Assembly (NCBI RefSeq): GCF_028641065.1
Contig: NC_073401.1
Span: 22,568,001-22,632,000, forward strand
Length of the DNA stretch: 64,000 bases
Direction: 5' to 3'
From: Leucoraja erinacea
Lineage: Eukaryota
Position numbers and translations under genes: made by a program. The notes beneath the pieces were generated by a model that saw nothing but the letters and a program-made list of their open reading frames with translations, made no database searches and was not told the origin of the DNA. Position 1 is the stretch's first letter; the number at the start of each line of letters is the position of its first letter. This document shows, one piece after another, positions 50,200 to 61,930 of the stretch.

Positions 50200-51950
50200 G
50201 ACAGGGCTGGTACACAGGTTAAAGATTTAAATTTTAGGGCAAGGCCAACTTTAATGGTAATACACAGGAGCTTGGAAAAGTTGATTGGAGTAGGTTGTTT
50301 GCAGACAAAAAGATCGAAACAGTTAAAGGCTTTTAAAAATGAAAGGTATGCATGTTCCTGTTAGGGTGAAGGGCAAGGCAGACAAGAGTAAGGAACCCTG
50401 GATGACAAGAAAAATGGAGGCATAGGTCAGTTATAGGCAGCTGGGACCAAGTGTGTTCCTCAAGGAATATTGGAGATTGAGCAGCATACTCAAGGAAATA
50501 GGGGGGGGGGGGCATGAGATACCTCTGGCAGATAAGATAATGGCAGACCCATAACAGATTTTATAAGTATATTAAGATTAAAATTATAACTAGAGCAAAT
50601 AGGGCCCCCAAAAATCAAAGTGGTCATCTATTTGTGGGCTCGCAGGAGATGGAGGTTCTCAATTAATATTTCTCCTCTTTCACTTCAAAGACACGAAGAC
50701 TAGTGAACTTGAAAAAGTTAATATCGATGTCTTGAGGAGTCAAAAATATGCTGAATGTCTTAACATTCTCCAGAGCTTAATCAGGTATATCCTTAGCCAG
50801 AGAAGAAATTTCAGCAACGGTCCAAGAGGGTCTCGACCCAAAACGTCACCCATTCCTTCTCTCCAGAGATGCTACCTGTCCCGCCAAGTTACTCCAGCAT
50901 TTTGTCTCTACCTTCGATTTAAACCAGCATCTGCAGTTCTTTCCTATACAAATCATCATTAGACATGTGTGAAGTGCCAGAAGATTGAAGGGCAACTGAT
51001 GTTATGCCTCTATTTAAGAAAGGTTGTATTAAAAAACCTAAGAATCATAGACCAGTAAGCCATAATATCTGCGGTTACTAGAGAGGATTCTGAATAATAT
51101 ATAAGCATTTGGAAATATATAGGTTCATTCGGCATCATCGGTGTGACTCTGTGCATGAGAGATTGTCTCTGAAATGGAATCTTTTGAAGTAAACAAGATT
51201 GATGCAGAGGTGGAGTTGTTTTTCAGACTGGAGGTCTCTGATTAGTGGTGTGCCAGAGGGATAGGTGCTGGAGTCTTTGCTGTTTGACAACTATATCAAT
51301 GATCTGGAAGAGAAAGTGCAGGCATTTTTGGAAAGCTTACGGATGAGACTAAAATAGTTGGTATCGTAAACAGCGATGATGGTTACCAAGTATTACAGCA
51401 GGGTCTTTGACAAACTGGTCCGCCTCAGGGAATTTAGTATAGAAGTTGGGATGTTAAGTTACAGTTGTTCAGGACATTGATGACACTACACTTGGAATAC
51501 AGCGTTGTATTTTGATCAACATGCTATAGAAAAAATGTCATCAAGCTGGAAAGGGTGCCTTATATTTCCCAGGACTCAAGGGTCCGAGCTATATGGAGAG
51601 TTTGGGGAAGATAGGGCTTTGTTCGTTGAAGTGCAGGAGACCAAGGGGTGATCTTATAGATTTATAAGATCAAGAGGGACATAGATAAGGTGAATGCAGT
51701 CTTTCTCCCAGTTAAGAAATCAAGCATAAGAGGGCATAAGTCAAAGGTGAGAGAAAAAGATTGAATGAGAAATTGAGGATCAAATCTTTCACACAGAGGG
51801 TATATCAAATAGTTGAGGCAGGTACAACAACATTTGGACAAGTACATGGATAGGAACGGTTTAGAGGAATATGGGCCAAACTGGACAAGCTTAGATGAGG
51901 TATGGAAGAGTTGGGCTGAATGACCCACGTCCGTGCTGTATGACCATCAC
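50200..51950 (+). mobile_element. Old degenerate CR1 ORF2 remnant (contains a Penelope-type repeat at about 50825-50945)
   Basis: Recognisable CR1 segments (V.PLFKKG, SGVP.G.VL, HLEY) with many disablements. Confidence 0.7.
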
Positions 51951-52355
51951 TCTTCAAGATCTCTTGAAGGTTAAGGCCTAAAAATTCTATATACAGTTTC
52001 AAACAAAGATTAAACAGATGAAGATAGCCTAGTTTAACAGCAGAATAAATCATGGATAAACATCTTAGTACTACTATCATCCGAACATCCTGAGTTTTTT
52101 TTCAACAATTCAGGTCAACGGGCAAAACCAAACTGGTTTCATTTTTAGACAAATCTCTGGCAAAGCCAATGTCTTGCACATTGAGCGGAACCACCTATGG
52201 GCCATCTTGCAGGATGCTTTCTCCCCTCTTTACCTCTTAATCCAGAAACGGCATCTCTAGTTAACAAACAATCATCAACAGCACTGACATCCAGTAGTTA
52301 GTTGATTAGTTAGCTAGTTGATTATGTACAACCCCAGTCAGTTTTAGACACCCAC

Positions 52356-52444
52356 CTTTTAATATCTTCTGGGTTGATTAGTGCTGGATTGGGATCAACT
52401 CCTTTCTTTTTTCCATCTAGTCGGTTGCCAGCGCCAGTAAATGG
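52356..52444 (-). CDS. UFD1: UFD1 exon 10 (PFTGAGNRLDGKKKGVDPNPALINPEDIKR; SHP box)
   Basis: tctcag/gtgggt, 89 nt; F.G.G.RL p97-binding SHP motif. Confidence 0.95.
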
Positions 52445-53510
52445 CTGAGAACACAAATATCAAACCAAATGTGACTGTTTTAACCCCTATTAGGAATTCC
52501 CAGCAAATCTGTTGGAGTGGGATGGAAAAGACACCAGACAAGTGAGGTCAAGAGAAATAAGAGACAATTTAGTGGTTTAGAAAAAACAGAATGTTTGGTG
52601 TTTCATTTATCATTTGCAAGTGTAGGCATTCAGTAACTGTGTTTACCAGTCAGTTAAAGTTTATACAGATGTGATGTTGTAAGATTTATTAGCCGCCTTG
52701 CTTTCAAGTTTGGGTAGGGGTGTAAGAAATAATACTCCACTGTAATTAGTCAAATTTGCATTTTTGTCTCTATTTATTATACTTTTTGAAGAACTCAGCA
52801 AGTCAAGCAACCTCTGTGGAGACAAAAAGGATATGATGTGTTCACGTTTTGAATTGGGGCCCAGCATTGGGACTGGGGCAGGGAGAGGAAAAGGGAGACA
52901 AATAGTGGGGAGTGAAGGGAAAAGAAAACAGGAACTAATAGGCGAGAGGTGGAACCAGATTTGGCAGGGAAGCGGGTGGGGAAGACAGGCAACTGGAGCC
53001 AGGTGGGGAGGGATCAAAATCATCTTTAAAGGAGCGAACGATGACATGATGCTATGCGGTTGGTTTAAAGCTCCTGTAAGTCCCACTCCTCCATAGACCC
53101 ACATCTGCATCAAAGCCAGAGGAGGCAAAGACTAGGGTTTGCTTGATAACATTTATGAGAAATCCCTCCTTCACTTTAATGGTAACTGGGAGAAGGCTGA
53201 AGCGCAAACAAAGTGGGCAGGTTAGATTCTGTCCAACATTCTTCTTGAAAATGGGTTTGAAAGATTTAGGTAGAGGAAATTGTTTGCTAACAATTCAGGA
53301 TGGCAAAGTAACTTTACTTATTAATTTTGGAAAAATAATTTAAGTCAGGACATTTGTTTAAAAAAACCCCACAAGGCAACAGGCAAATTTTACATCAAGT
53401 AAAGAAGTATTTTAAAAGAAAGGTTGACTTTCCAATGGAGGAATCTGGTGCACTTGGAGGAAGCAAGGAAAATGTGCAGACTCTGCACAAATTAGCTTTT
53501 CCACTCTGCT

Positions 53511-53582
53511 GCCCAAAGTACAGCTCAAACCCACAACCCTAAGATTGAGAGTCCCATGCTCTACCGATTTCACTAGCCAGGC
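53511..53582 (-). pseudogene. tRNA-Lys(CTT)-derived pseudogene
   Basis: GCCTGGCTAGtgaaaTCGGTAGAGCATGGGACTCTcAATCttAGGGTtGTGGGTTtGAGCtgtACtTTGGGC aligns with vertebrate tRNA-Lys-CTT; D- and T-stems disrupted. Confidence 0.8.
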
Positions 53583-53783
53583 TATGTGGCAGTGCGCTCT
53601 ACCCATGCACCACATTATATGCATCCCATAGCAAGGTCAAAATAAAATCTGCCTTTCGTGCTCAAAATATTCTGAATAAAGTTTAAAAATAGAAAGTCAT
53701 CCAGTTTAGTAAATTGTTTTGCAACTAAAATTAAAAACCCAGTTATTTTTGGTACAGAACATAATATATGGCTTTCTGCTTAC

Positions 53784-53834
53784 CCGGAATCCCAAATCAA
53801 CTGGCACAAAGGTAGTGTGATCAGCTTCAAGATC
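53784..53834 (-). CDS. UFD1: UFD1 exon 9 (DLEADHTTFVPVDLGFR)
   Basis: ttctag/gtaagc, 51 nt; EADH...LGFR as in human. Confidence 0.92.
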
Positions 53835-54428
53835 CTAGAAATATGAAAAAGATAATCCATGGAATATCAAATAATGGGTTTAGAGACAAAAGTCAAAACA
53901 TGCTTTAAAAAAAAAGTATTATTCTTTTGATGATCACTATAATATGGGTGATGATTCAAGAGTCAAGGTTATTTTAAATTACATTTCCGTTGCACTTAAG
54001 TGGTCAATAAAATGTTGCTTTTGTTTTAAATTTCAAATTTGTTGATTTTGAAACATCACTTACCAAATGAAAACTGTTGCAGAGTAATGGAATATGAAAA
54101 AAATATGGTGATAATTGTTAGCCTTGATAATTAGGAAAACTTCCCCATTCTTTTTTAAAATAGTCCCATCCTTTTTTTTTTGAACATCTCTGCTTGAGAA
54201 AGCAGGCGGTGATCTGGATTTAGACTATCCAAAAGTCTTCACTTCTAGTATTGTACTCAATACCATACTGGGATATTAGCCTCGATTTTTGTACTTGGGT
54301 TCATTTGCAAAATGTAGGAGTCAGCAAAAGATGAGTTTAGTTACTTAATACCCATTCCATGTTTGACAGAAACACCCTTCAATATTATTCAAAACTGACG
54401 AACTACTTGTTATAGTAAAATTCCATAC

Positions 54429-54494
54429 CGAACTGTCTTCAGGCTGGTAATGTCTTTCAGGCTCTTTGTAACCCAATGGGGCATCAAAATCTAC
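54429..54494 (-). CDS. UFD1: UFD1 exon 8 (VDFDAPLGYKEPERHYQPEDSS)
   Basis: ctgcag/gtatgg, 66 nt. Confidence 0.95.
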
Positions 54495-55660
54495 CTGCAG
54501 ATTAAACAAAGAAAATACAAAACTTGAACTTGCACAAGCAGATCTAACAGATACAGGTGGTGCACATTTACACATTCTCCAGATTAACCAATTTTATTTT
54601 AGATAACTGATAAGGTACAACACTATCTGCTCATAACCTGTACATGGAAGAACGTACAAGCAATTTTTTATTTCCAGCCTAAAAGGGCACATCATGTGCA
54701 AGCATACAGCAGATGAATTATCAAAACCAGGAGACTCTATGTTACTTGTCAGTTGATACAGAGTTTGCTCACCTGATGGAGACACTGACATTGGATATCG
54801 GACAATTTACCCGTGACAATGGATTCTAAAGAGGCCAAGAGGAAAGAATAATCAAGTGCAACTCCCACTCCTTTCCAAAATGTTCCTGGATAATCGAAAG
54901 GTAAGGGCAGAGTTGGTCTTAGTTATACAGTTTGGTCAATTACCTCATGGATAAATCGCCAGATTCACACATCAATTATGGCGACGTGCACCAAGCATCA
55001 ATGCTCTTCAGAAAATAGTGATAGAAAATGTAGAAAAAAAAAACTTATTCTTGGGGCTTCCAATTCCTAAATGGTTATAATTCCAAAAATCTCTCTTCAA
55101 GCCTCAGTCACGTTGGGACATTGGCTCTTGGTGCTTTAGATTTTGTTTCTCCTCTGCGCCCACTGCCCCCCTCCAAGCAAGTTAGAGATTGAAATACATG
55201 AGAGTTAAGACAATATATTTTGGTGGTGTCTATTATGACATCTCCAAACAAAAGTGATCTACTCAAAAGTGACACAAAAAAACCCAGTAACTAACTTGCA
55301 CAACAAACAGGTGAGAAAAATGGTTGCAGGGTGGCTGTTGTTTAAGAAGCAAGAATTCCCTTTGTATTCTTCAAATGGTGCCATTTACATTACATCTACT
55401 TGAGAGTAAGCAGAAACTTAATTTATCATGCACACGAAAGATGGCATATCCAGTAACACAGTTGACAAGGTAAAATTGTATGTATATGGCTAAAGTGGAA
55501 TTTTAACCCGCAATCATCCAGTACAGGTTGCACAAAATTACTGAATTATGATTGACACCTAGAGCAATTCTGCAAACCATCTAGTGATGTGACAGCACTA
55601 TTAGAATATATTGATTATATATTAGAATATATTAACCAAATGAAACTGAATTAAACTTAC

Positions 55661-55729
55661 ATTCATATCACATTCAATGATGGAAACAGCTTTGTCCGGT
55701 TTAGTCTCCATAACCCGCAGTTCATAGAT
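55661..55729 (-). CDS. UFD1: UFD1 exon 7 (IYELRVMETKPDKAVSIIECDMN)
   Basis: tttcag/gtaagt, 69 nt. Confidence 0.97.
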
Positions 55730-55999
55730 CTGAAACACAGATATCCTTCAAAATTCTCCCCTTTGTGTACAGGTCAAAGCACAATGTTAAATACATAAAG
55801 TATATTATTTTGAGTTTGTTGCTATAGATGCAACAGAAATAAGTTAATTAGTCTGTTAATTCAGCTTCATGTTTAGGACTGGCAGTGGAATTAAAAAAAA
55901 GAGAGATTTTGGCCCGAATCACCAAATTTTACACTGAAGCCAATTGGCTTCCTGTGGATGAATGGTGGTGATATTGCACACAAACACAATACTTAGATG

Positions 56000-56706
56000 C
56001 TATTGTTGCAGGGAAGGTGGCGGTGTTGAGAAGAAATGGGGGAGTAAAAGAAGGGGGGGGGGAAGATTAGTTGAGGGTGGAGATGGGAGGATGTGGTTAG
56101 TGGTGGGATTACCATGGAGGTGATGTGAAGGATGCAAAGGCTGGTGAAGTGAAACGGTGAGGATTAGGGGAACTATCCTGTTCTTTCTGGGGGAAGGAGG
56201 AGCAAGTGCAGAACGATGAGACACAGAGGAGATACTGGTGAAGGATCAATCTATGACAGAAGTGGGAGAAGAACGTTTCCTAAAGAAAGAGGACATCTCA
56301 GATATCCTAGAATGGAAAGTCTCATTTTGGAGCAGATATGGTGAAGACCAATGAATTCAGAATAGGGAATAATGAATAATGCAAAAGGCAGGTTGGGAGG
56401 GAGTGTAGTCCAGATAACTGTGGGAGTCAGTAGGTTTATAGTAGATGTCAGTGGACAGTCCATCCCCTGTGGTAGAGACGGAGAGATCATGAAAGAGGAG
56501 AGAATGTCAGAAATAGTCCAGGTGAATTTATGGGCAGGGTGGACGTTGTGGTGGTTAATGTAATCAGGTGTTCTGCACAGGTGCAAGTGGCATCGCTGAT
56601 ACCATCATCAATGTAACAGAGAAAGAGTTGAGGGATAAGGCCAGTGTACACCTGAAATAAAGACTGTTCGGCAAAACCGACAAAGGCCCATGCGAGTGCC
56701 CATGGC
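56000..56706 (-). mobile_element. Penelope-like RT fragment, decayed
   Basis: Minus-strand translation gives AMGTRMG and FLCYIDD RT motifs; similar to 46356-46900. Confidence 0.8.
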
Positions 56707-56822
56707 TAGCTACGATTCCTTTCTTTACATTTTCCATTAATTGTGCAACTTGAAGCTGTACATTTATCAGAAATTAGAAATGCCAGATTTACAAAATTCC
56801 CTATCCATAGAAGACCACTCAC

Positions 56823-56895
56823 CTTCTCATTGTAGTTAATGGCAATGACATCACCAGTGGTCAAACAAGCAAAGTTCCTCAAGGCATTTTCTAAT
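56823..56895 (-). CDS. UFD1: UFD1 exon 6 ([24 protein letters not shown])
   Basis: ttgcag/gtgagt, 73 nt. Confidence 0.97.
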
Positions 56896-58112
56896 CTGCA
56901 AGTCAAACGCTAAGAGAAAATGCCAAATGCAGGAACAGATTCTGAATGTTTAATATCAGCAAAATTACCAGTAAATATTTTCAGTGTTAAACTCAATAGC
57001 ATTGAGACTTATTTACCATCACCCGGTGGGGGTCGCTACATCAGAGGCCTGGATCGCCTCAGCGTAGAGGAAGAACAAGGAGGGAAAAGACAAAGACTTA
57101 AATTTTTGCCTTCCATCCCAGTGAGGAGGTGTCAGGTGAACTCACTGTAGTGGATGTTAAATTTGTGTTTATTGTGTGTTTTGTTATTTTATTATATGTA
57201 TGACTGCAAGGCAACAAAATTTCAGACCGAAAGTACTGAATGACAATAAAGTTTCCAAGATTCCAACAGATTCAATGCGAAAGAAATAATCTCTGAGCTA
57301 GTTCTCAAGTGCAAATTAACAGGCAACCACACATGGGGTCACGTGGAAACACTTGACACCAAGTGAACTGAAGATCTCAATGTTGCCATCTGGCAAGACA
57401 ACTACACCTTTGGGTGCTTGGAACGAGTTGTTATAAAATTGTGTGCATAAGAAAATAAAACTGCAATTAAAAACACCAGATCAGAATATTACCTACACCG
57501 GGAATGAATTGGAGGCAAAAACTATTTACTAATACCAGGATTTAAAATGCAAATTATGCCGATAGCTAATTAGCAGGGTTGGAGACTAACCTGTTGTTTC
57601 ACAGTTGCTCACTACTTTTTACAGACATTGCTGTTCAGAATGACAAGTACACTTGACAGACTTTTGTTTCAAAACCTGCTTTAAAGCAAGTCAATGAAAT
57701 TAATTCAGCTCTTGGATCAGTGCAGTCATTTACAGCAATTGCTGGTCAACAATTGGCTGTTTATGGATTGAAAGGATTCTTCTATTACATATTGATAATT
57801 TGCTGCTACATGCGACTAGAAATTAAATATTTACACACCAATGTCTTGAAATACACCACAGAGCAGTCCAGATTACCATTATATGAAAATAATTATCTTA
57901 AAATATGAAAAAGACTCGCTTGTGGTGTAAACAGAAACTCAATGACACAAAGTTTTATACTCCTTTCTTGGAGGTCACCCAATCACAATGAAGAAAATTT
58001 AATCTAGTTTTTAAAAAGTCAGCGTCAAATATAACTCTGGAAGATTCTTCTCAATGCTCCTTGGTAACTCCAACCACTCAGCAGAAGCAGCTCTAGAATG
58101 ATACAAGGATAC
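56896..58112 (-). other. UFD1: U12 (minor spliceosome) GT-AG intron of UFD1
   Basis: 5'SS GTATCCTTG; branch-like TTCTCTTAGC about 15 nt upstream of the AG, no polypyrimidine tract next to the AG. Confidence 0.85.
57020..57275 (+). mobile_element. 5'-truncated copy of the 6641-7135 retroposon family
   Basis: Reverse-complement similarity to 6660-6880; ends TGACAATAAA + short tandem tail. Confidence 0.7.
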
Positions 58113-58243
58113 ACAGCTTTGGGATTGGTGATATCCAGGAAGTCTGGAGCCTGTGGCTGAAATTTGGAATAAGTAGCAACCATCAGGTTCACACTCTCCA
58201 CCTGGACAAGCCCCCCTTCCTCTAGTAGCAGGTTCTGCATCAT
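58113..58243 (-). CDS. UFD1: UFD1 exon 5 ([44 protein letters not shown])
   Basis: ttctag acceptor; donor GTATCCTT (U12 type); 131 nt. Confidence 0.97.
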
Positions 58244-59879
58244 CTAGAAACAGAGCGGAACATGGATTAAATCAACTGCAAAGATAACAAAAAAATGGAT
58301 TATTGTTCAGATGCATGCACTTTTGGCATGACATCTACTGGGGTCCAATCAACCATAACCCATTCAAGTTAACAAAATATTGGCATACAAAGGGTATTGG
58401 GACAGATTTGGTGCCCTGGTTTGGTTAATTTAGGACACTACTAAATATACATATGGATACATAACAGCCAGATGAATTAGCTCTTTATCTGCTTGAGTTA
58501 CATCGTAACTTAATACGTATTTCAGTTCTATTTCTTACCTTCATTCATGTTCCGACCCATTTATTAAACCTGTTGATCTCAGTTATGAAAGTTTCATTTG
58601 CCTTGGCATCCATCTTCTTTTGAGTACCGGCTTGCACATCAGTGCAAACCCGTGTACAAAACATTGCATCAAACTAAATTCCCAAATGATTTTGCTCTAT
58701 TTTTAAAGTTTCCGTCTTTACTTTTATTTCTCGAGAAGTTCCCAAATCTAAACTCTGTCATCCAGAAAGACTAAATCTACAGGCACACGATGACACCACT
58801 ATTTGCTCGGTTCCCACCAAATCACTCACTATCTCAACTTGGAAATCCTTCCTTCTTTACTCAGAATTTTCCCCAGACAGCAGAGGGAGCACCTTCACTC
58901 CCTCAGGACAGCAATTCTTCATGAATGTAGCTCACTTGAGGGTGTTTACAGATACAGGTACTTAATGCTGGTTTCACCAGTAGGGTTCACTGAATGAGTA
59001 GGGCTCAATTAATTAAATTAAAAAAATATCTTTCAAATGAATGAACTTCTCAGTATCTTGCAAATGAAGTTGTTTTAAATTATATAAAGACCACTCAAAC
59101 GCTAAGTGAATTCTAACAAACCTGTGACACTTTAAAAGTAGCTATAACACCATTTTCTCCATGCTTAGATGATAATCACATATAATGATTAAACTAAATA
59201 GCACAAAGTTTTCACTAAATCTCAGTAGAAGGGACAATAATAAACCAATATCACCAGGTGTGGTCTACTCAGTGGGCAGAAGTGGCGCAGAGCATATAAA
59301 TTCTTAGTATTTCTAACCCTTCTTAAGGAGATAAACAAGTTGCACGCACACAGTTGAATAAAACGTTTTACATACAATGAGTGCATTGAGTACTGCTGCA
59401 GTGCAAATGTTTTAAGCATTTCTTAATAAGAATCACGATCAAGACAACTGAGTGGATTATCCGTTTTGGTTGAGGAAGTATAATGGATTTATTACCAAAA
59501 GCAACTGTCTCTCACGAGCACCAGAAGATTTAATATTCAATACATCTTTTATCCAAATGGCAATGTGGGCAGGCATGATAAATTTCATAGTTAAACTCTT
59601 AGAAATGTAGAATTTGCAGAAAGTTTTTTTAAATTAATATTTTTAAAATATTATCACCTTTGAGTAATGTACAATTGCTTAATTCAAATGATTTAATAAT
59701 TCAATATACTACTTGCTGATCTATGCGGCAAAGGAATGGCATCCCTACGAACATAAACCAAGTTGGCTGGCCGTCTGGTTAGAACAGTTATATTCCAAGC
59801 AACAAGTGTTCCAAACACCAGTCCACTTCCCAGCTCCAACCTCTAGGGTCTCCTTTGGAGATGTGTACAATGCCTTCGT

Positions 59880-59965
59880 GGATAGACAAAAATGCTGGAG
59901 AAACTCAGCGGGTGAGGCAGCATCTATGGAGCGAAGGAAAAAGGCAACGTTTCGGGTCGAGACCC
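59880..59965 (-). repeat. Penelope-type short repeat truncated at hammerhead stem II
   Basis: Same family; CGTGGAT duplicated on both sides. Confidence 0.75.
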
Positions 59966-60042
59966 GTGGATGCTCATTTACAAGCTGTGGTGATACCGGT
60001 GATGTGTCCCGCTAGTCAAATTCTACAACAACCCTCACTCAC

Positions 60043-60164
60043 CCAGTGAGGCAGATAACAGATTCCTTCCTCGGCCACAAACTCCAAAACACCGCAATGT
60101 GTCATTCGGTCAGTTTTTCGGTTGATCAGTTTAAAGAGCATTGGATAGGTGATGTTCAGACGAC
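60043..60164 (-). CDS. UFD1: UFD1 exon 4 ([40 protein letters not shown])
   Basis: tttcag/gtgagt, 122 nt. Confidence 0.97.
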
Positions 60165-60681
60165 CTGAAAAATAAATCAAATGGTTTCAGTCCAGCCACT
60201 AAAGGCAGAACAAGGGCACAATGGATTTCAGCAATAGGGAAATTACAATAAACCGAGGGAATAGAGCAATGGGAATAAATAATGTGAACGGTTTCAAAAA
60301 TCAGAAAAATTATAACACCACCTTATATTCTAATTGGGTAGCATGCAACTGAATGGTATGAACTCCGTCCTCTCCTCTCAGGTTTTCTTCCCTTTTGTTT
60401 ACCTATTTCACTCCTTTTCTCCTTCCCCCCCCTACTTAAATTCATCCCTAACTGCCCACATACCAATATTCCTCTTCCTTTGTTCATCTTTCATAACCCC
60501 ACCCAAACTGGGTTCCATCTATCCACCACCCCTTCTTTCTATGATTCCACCCACCAGCCTGTCTCACCCCTCCCTTTCACTTCTATATACAAGGTACCTA
60601 TCATCTACACTATTGGTCCTGATGAGAGGTCTCGACCTGAAACGATGACCACCCCTTTGCGTCAAAAGAAGCTACTTTACC

Positions 60682-61720
60682 TAGGTATGTTACAAAACCT
60701 ACCTGAATCGTGGCTGAGCATCTGCCCCACCCCTTGTGTGCGATTTTGGCGCTGTTTAGAGGGGGCGGGTTTAAAACGCGATTTTTACTAGGCTGTTCCA
60801 ATCGAAAATGTTCAGCCTAGTAAATCATTAATGGAAAATCGCTGAAAGACCCCGTCGCAAAAGGTATTATTAGTTTTTATGGCCTTGTATAATATTTATA
60901 GTAGTTTAAAAATCACTCTCTCACTCCGCAACCTCTCGCAGCCCCAGGGTTTTATAAAGCAAACAATTAAAAGTATGTACCTTATTTTTACATTAAATGG
61001 GGCATGTATATAACCCTGTATATAAAGTTTTCTATAGCGAGTAGTTCATTTTGGGCTTTTTATATCCCGCAGTATTTTTCTGGGCATTTGAGGGCACAAA
61101 TCCAGCGCAATGTGAACGTTCTAAACCAGCGCGTTCACAGGAACCCACTAGAAAGCCGATTTAAATTGACTTTAATTTACAGCAATTGAACACTAAATTC
61201 CTTCCATTTGGCCTATAAATTGATGTAAATGAGATTTAAAAATCATGTTTTATTGTGAATTATTTGTGAATATTATTTGGACACTTGGGCTATTTAAAAA
61301 TGTTAATCATTTATTAAGAAATGGATAGATGTTTAGATCTAGTAAGTGAAGTTTGAAATTAGCTACAAATGGGTAACTAACTAATTATATGCTTTAATTT
61401 CAGGTCATCCAAGTAAGATTATTTTATATTTGTTTCAGAATGCTTCAATCTATGATAACTGAAAATTTCATTCAGTTCTCTTAATTTTTAAGAAGGTTAT
61501 GGGCTTTTGACTGTCCACGATCACAGCTTTTTTGATATGTCCATAGAAAATCAATAGGGAACAAGATGCTAATTTCCGAGTATGAAAATGGCCATAACTT
61601 TTTTATTACTTGAGATATGAAAGTGAATTAGGTGTCAAATTAAACTTATTGTTATGCTTTATCTGATCGGATAAATTGCAGACTTGATTTTTTAAATCTC
61701 AAAATTTTGTAACATTGCTA
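60682..61720. mobile_element. Non-autonomous DNA transposon, 7-bp TSD
   Basis: Imperfect TIR TAGGTATGTTACAAAA/TTTTGTAACATTGCTA; CTTTACC duplicated at 60675-60681 and 61721-61727; interrupts a Penelope repeat. Confidence 0.8.
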
Positions 61721-61897
61721 CTTTACCTGCTGAGTTTTTCCAACAGTTTCTTTCAAAAATAACTCCCGATACCTTTAATGGTGCATATACTTTTAAAGGA
61801 TGAAACGTCACTAGCACTTCATAACTTCTTGACAGAAAACATCATATTACATGAATTATTAATGGTAGAAAGTTGCACATGGGATTCAGGTACTTAC

Positions 61898-61930
61898 TCA
61901 GTTGATCCAGAGCAGATGGTGGCATTATTA
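61898..61930 (-). CDS. UFD1: UFD1 exon 3 (IIMPPSALDQL); upstream exons lie beyond window end
   Basis: gcacag/gtaagt, 33 nt, identical to UFD1. Confidence 0.95.
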
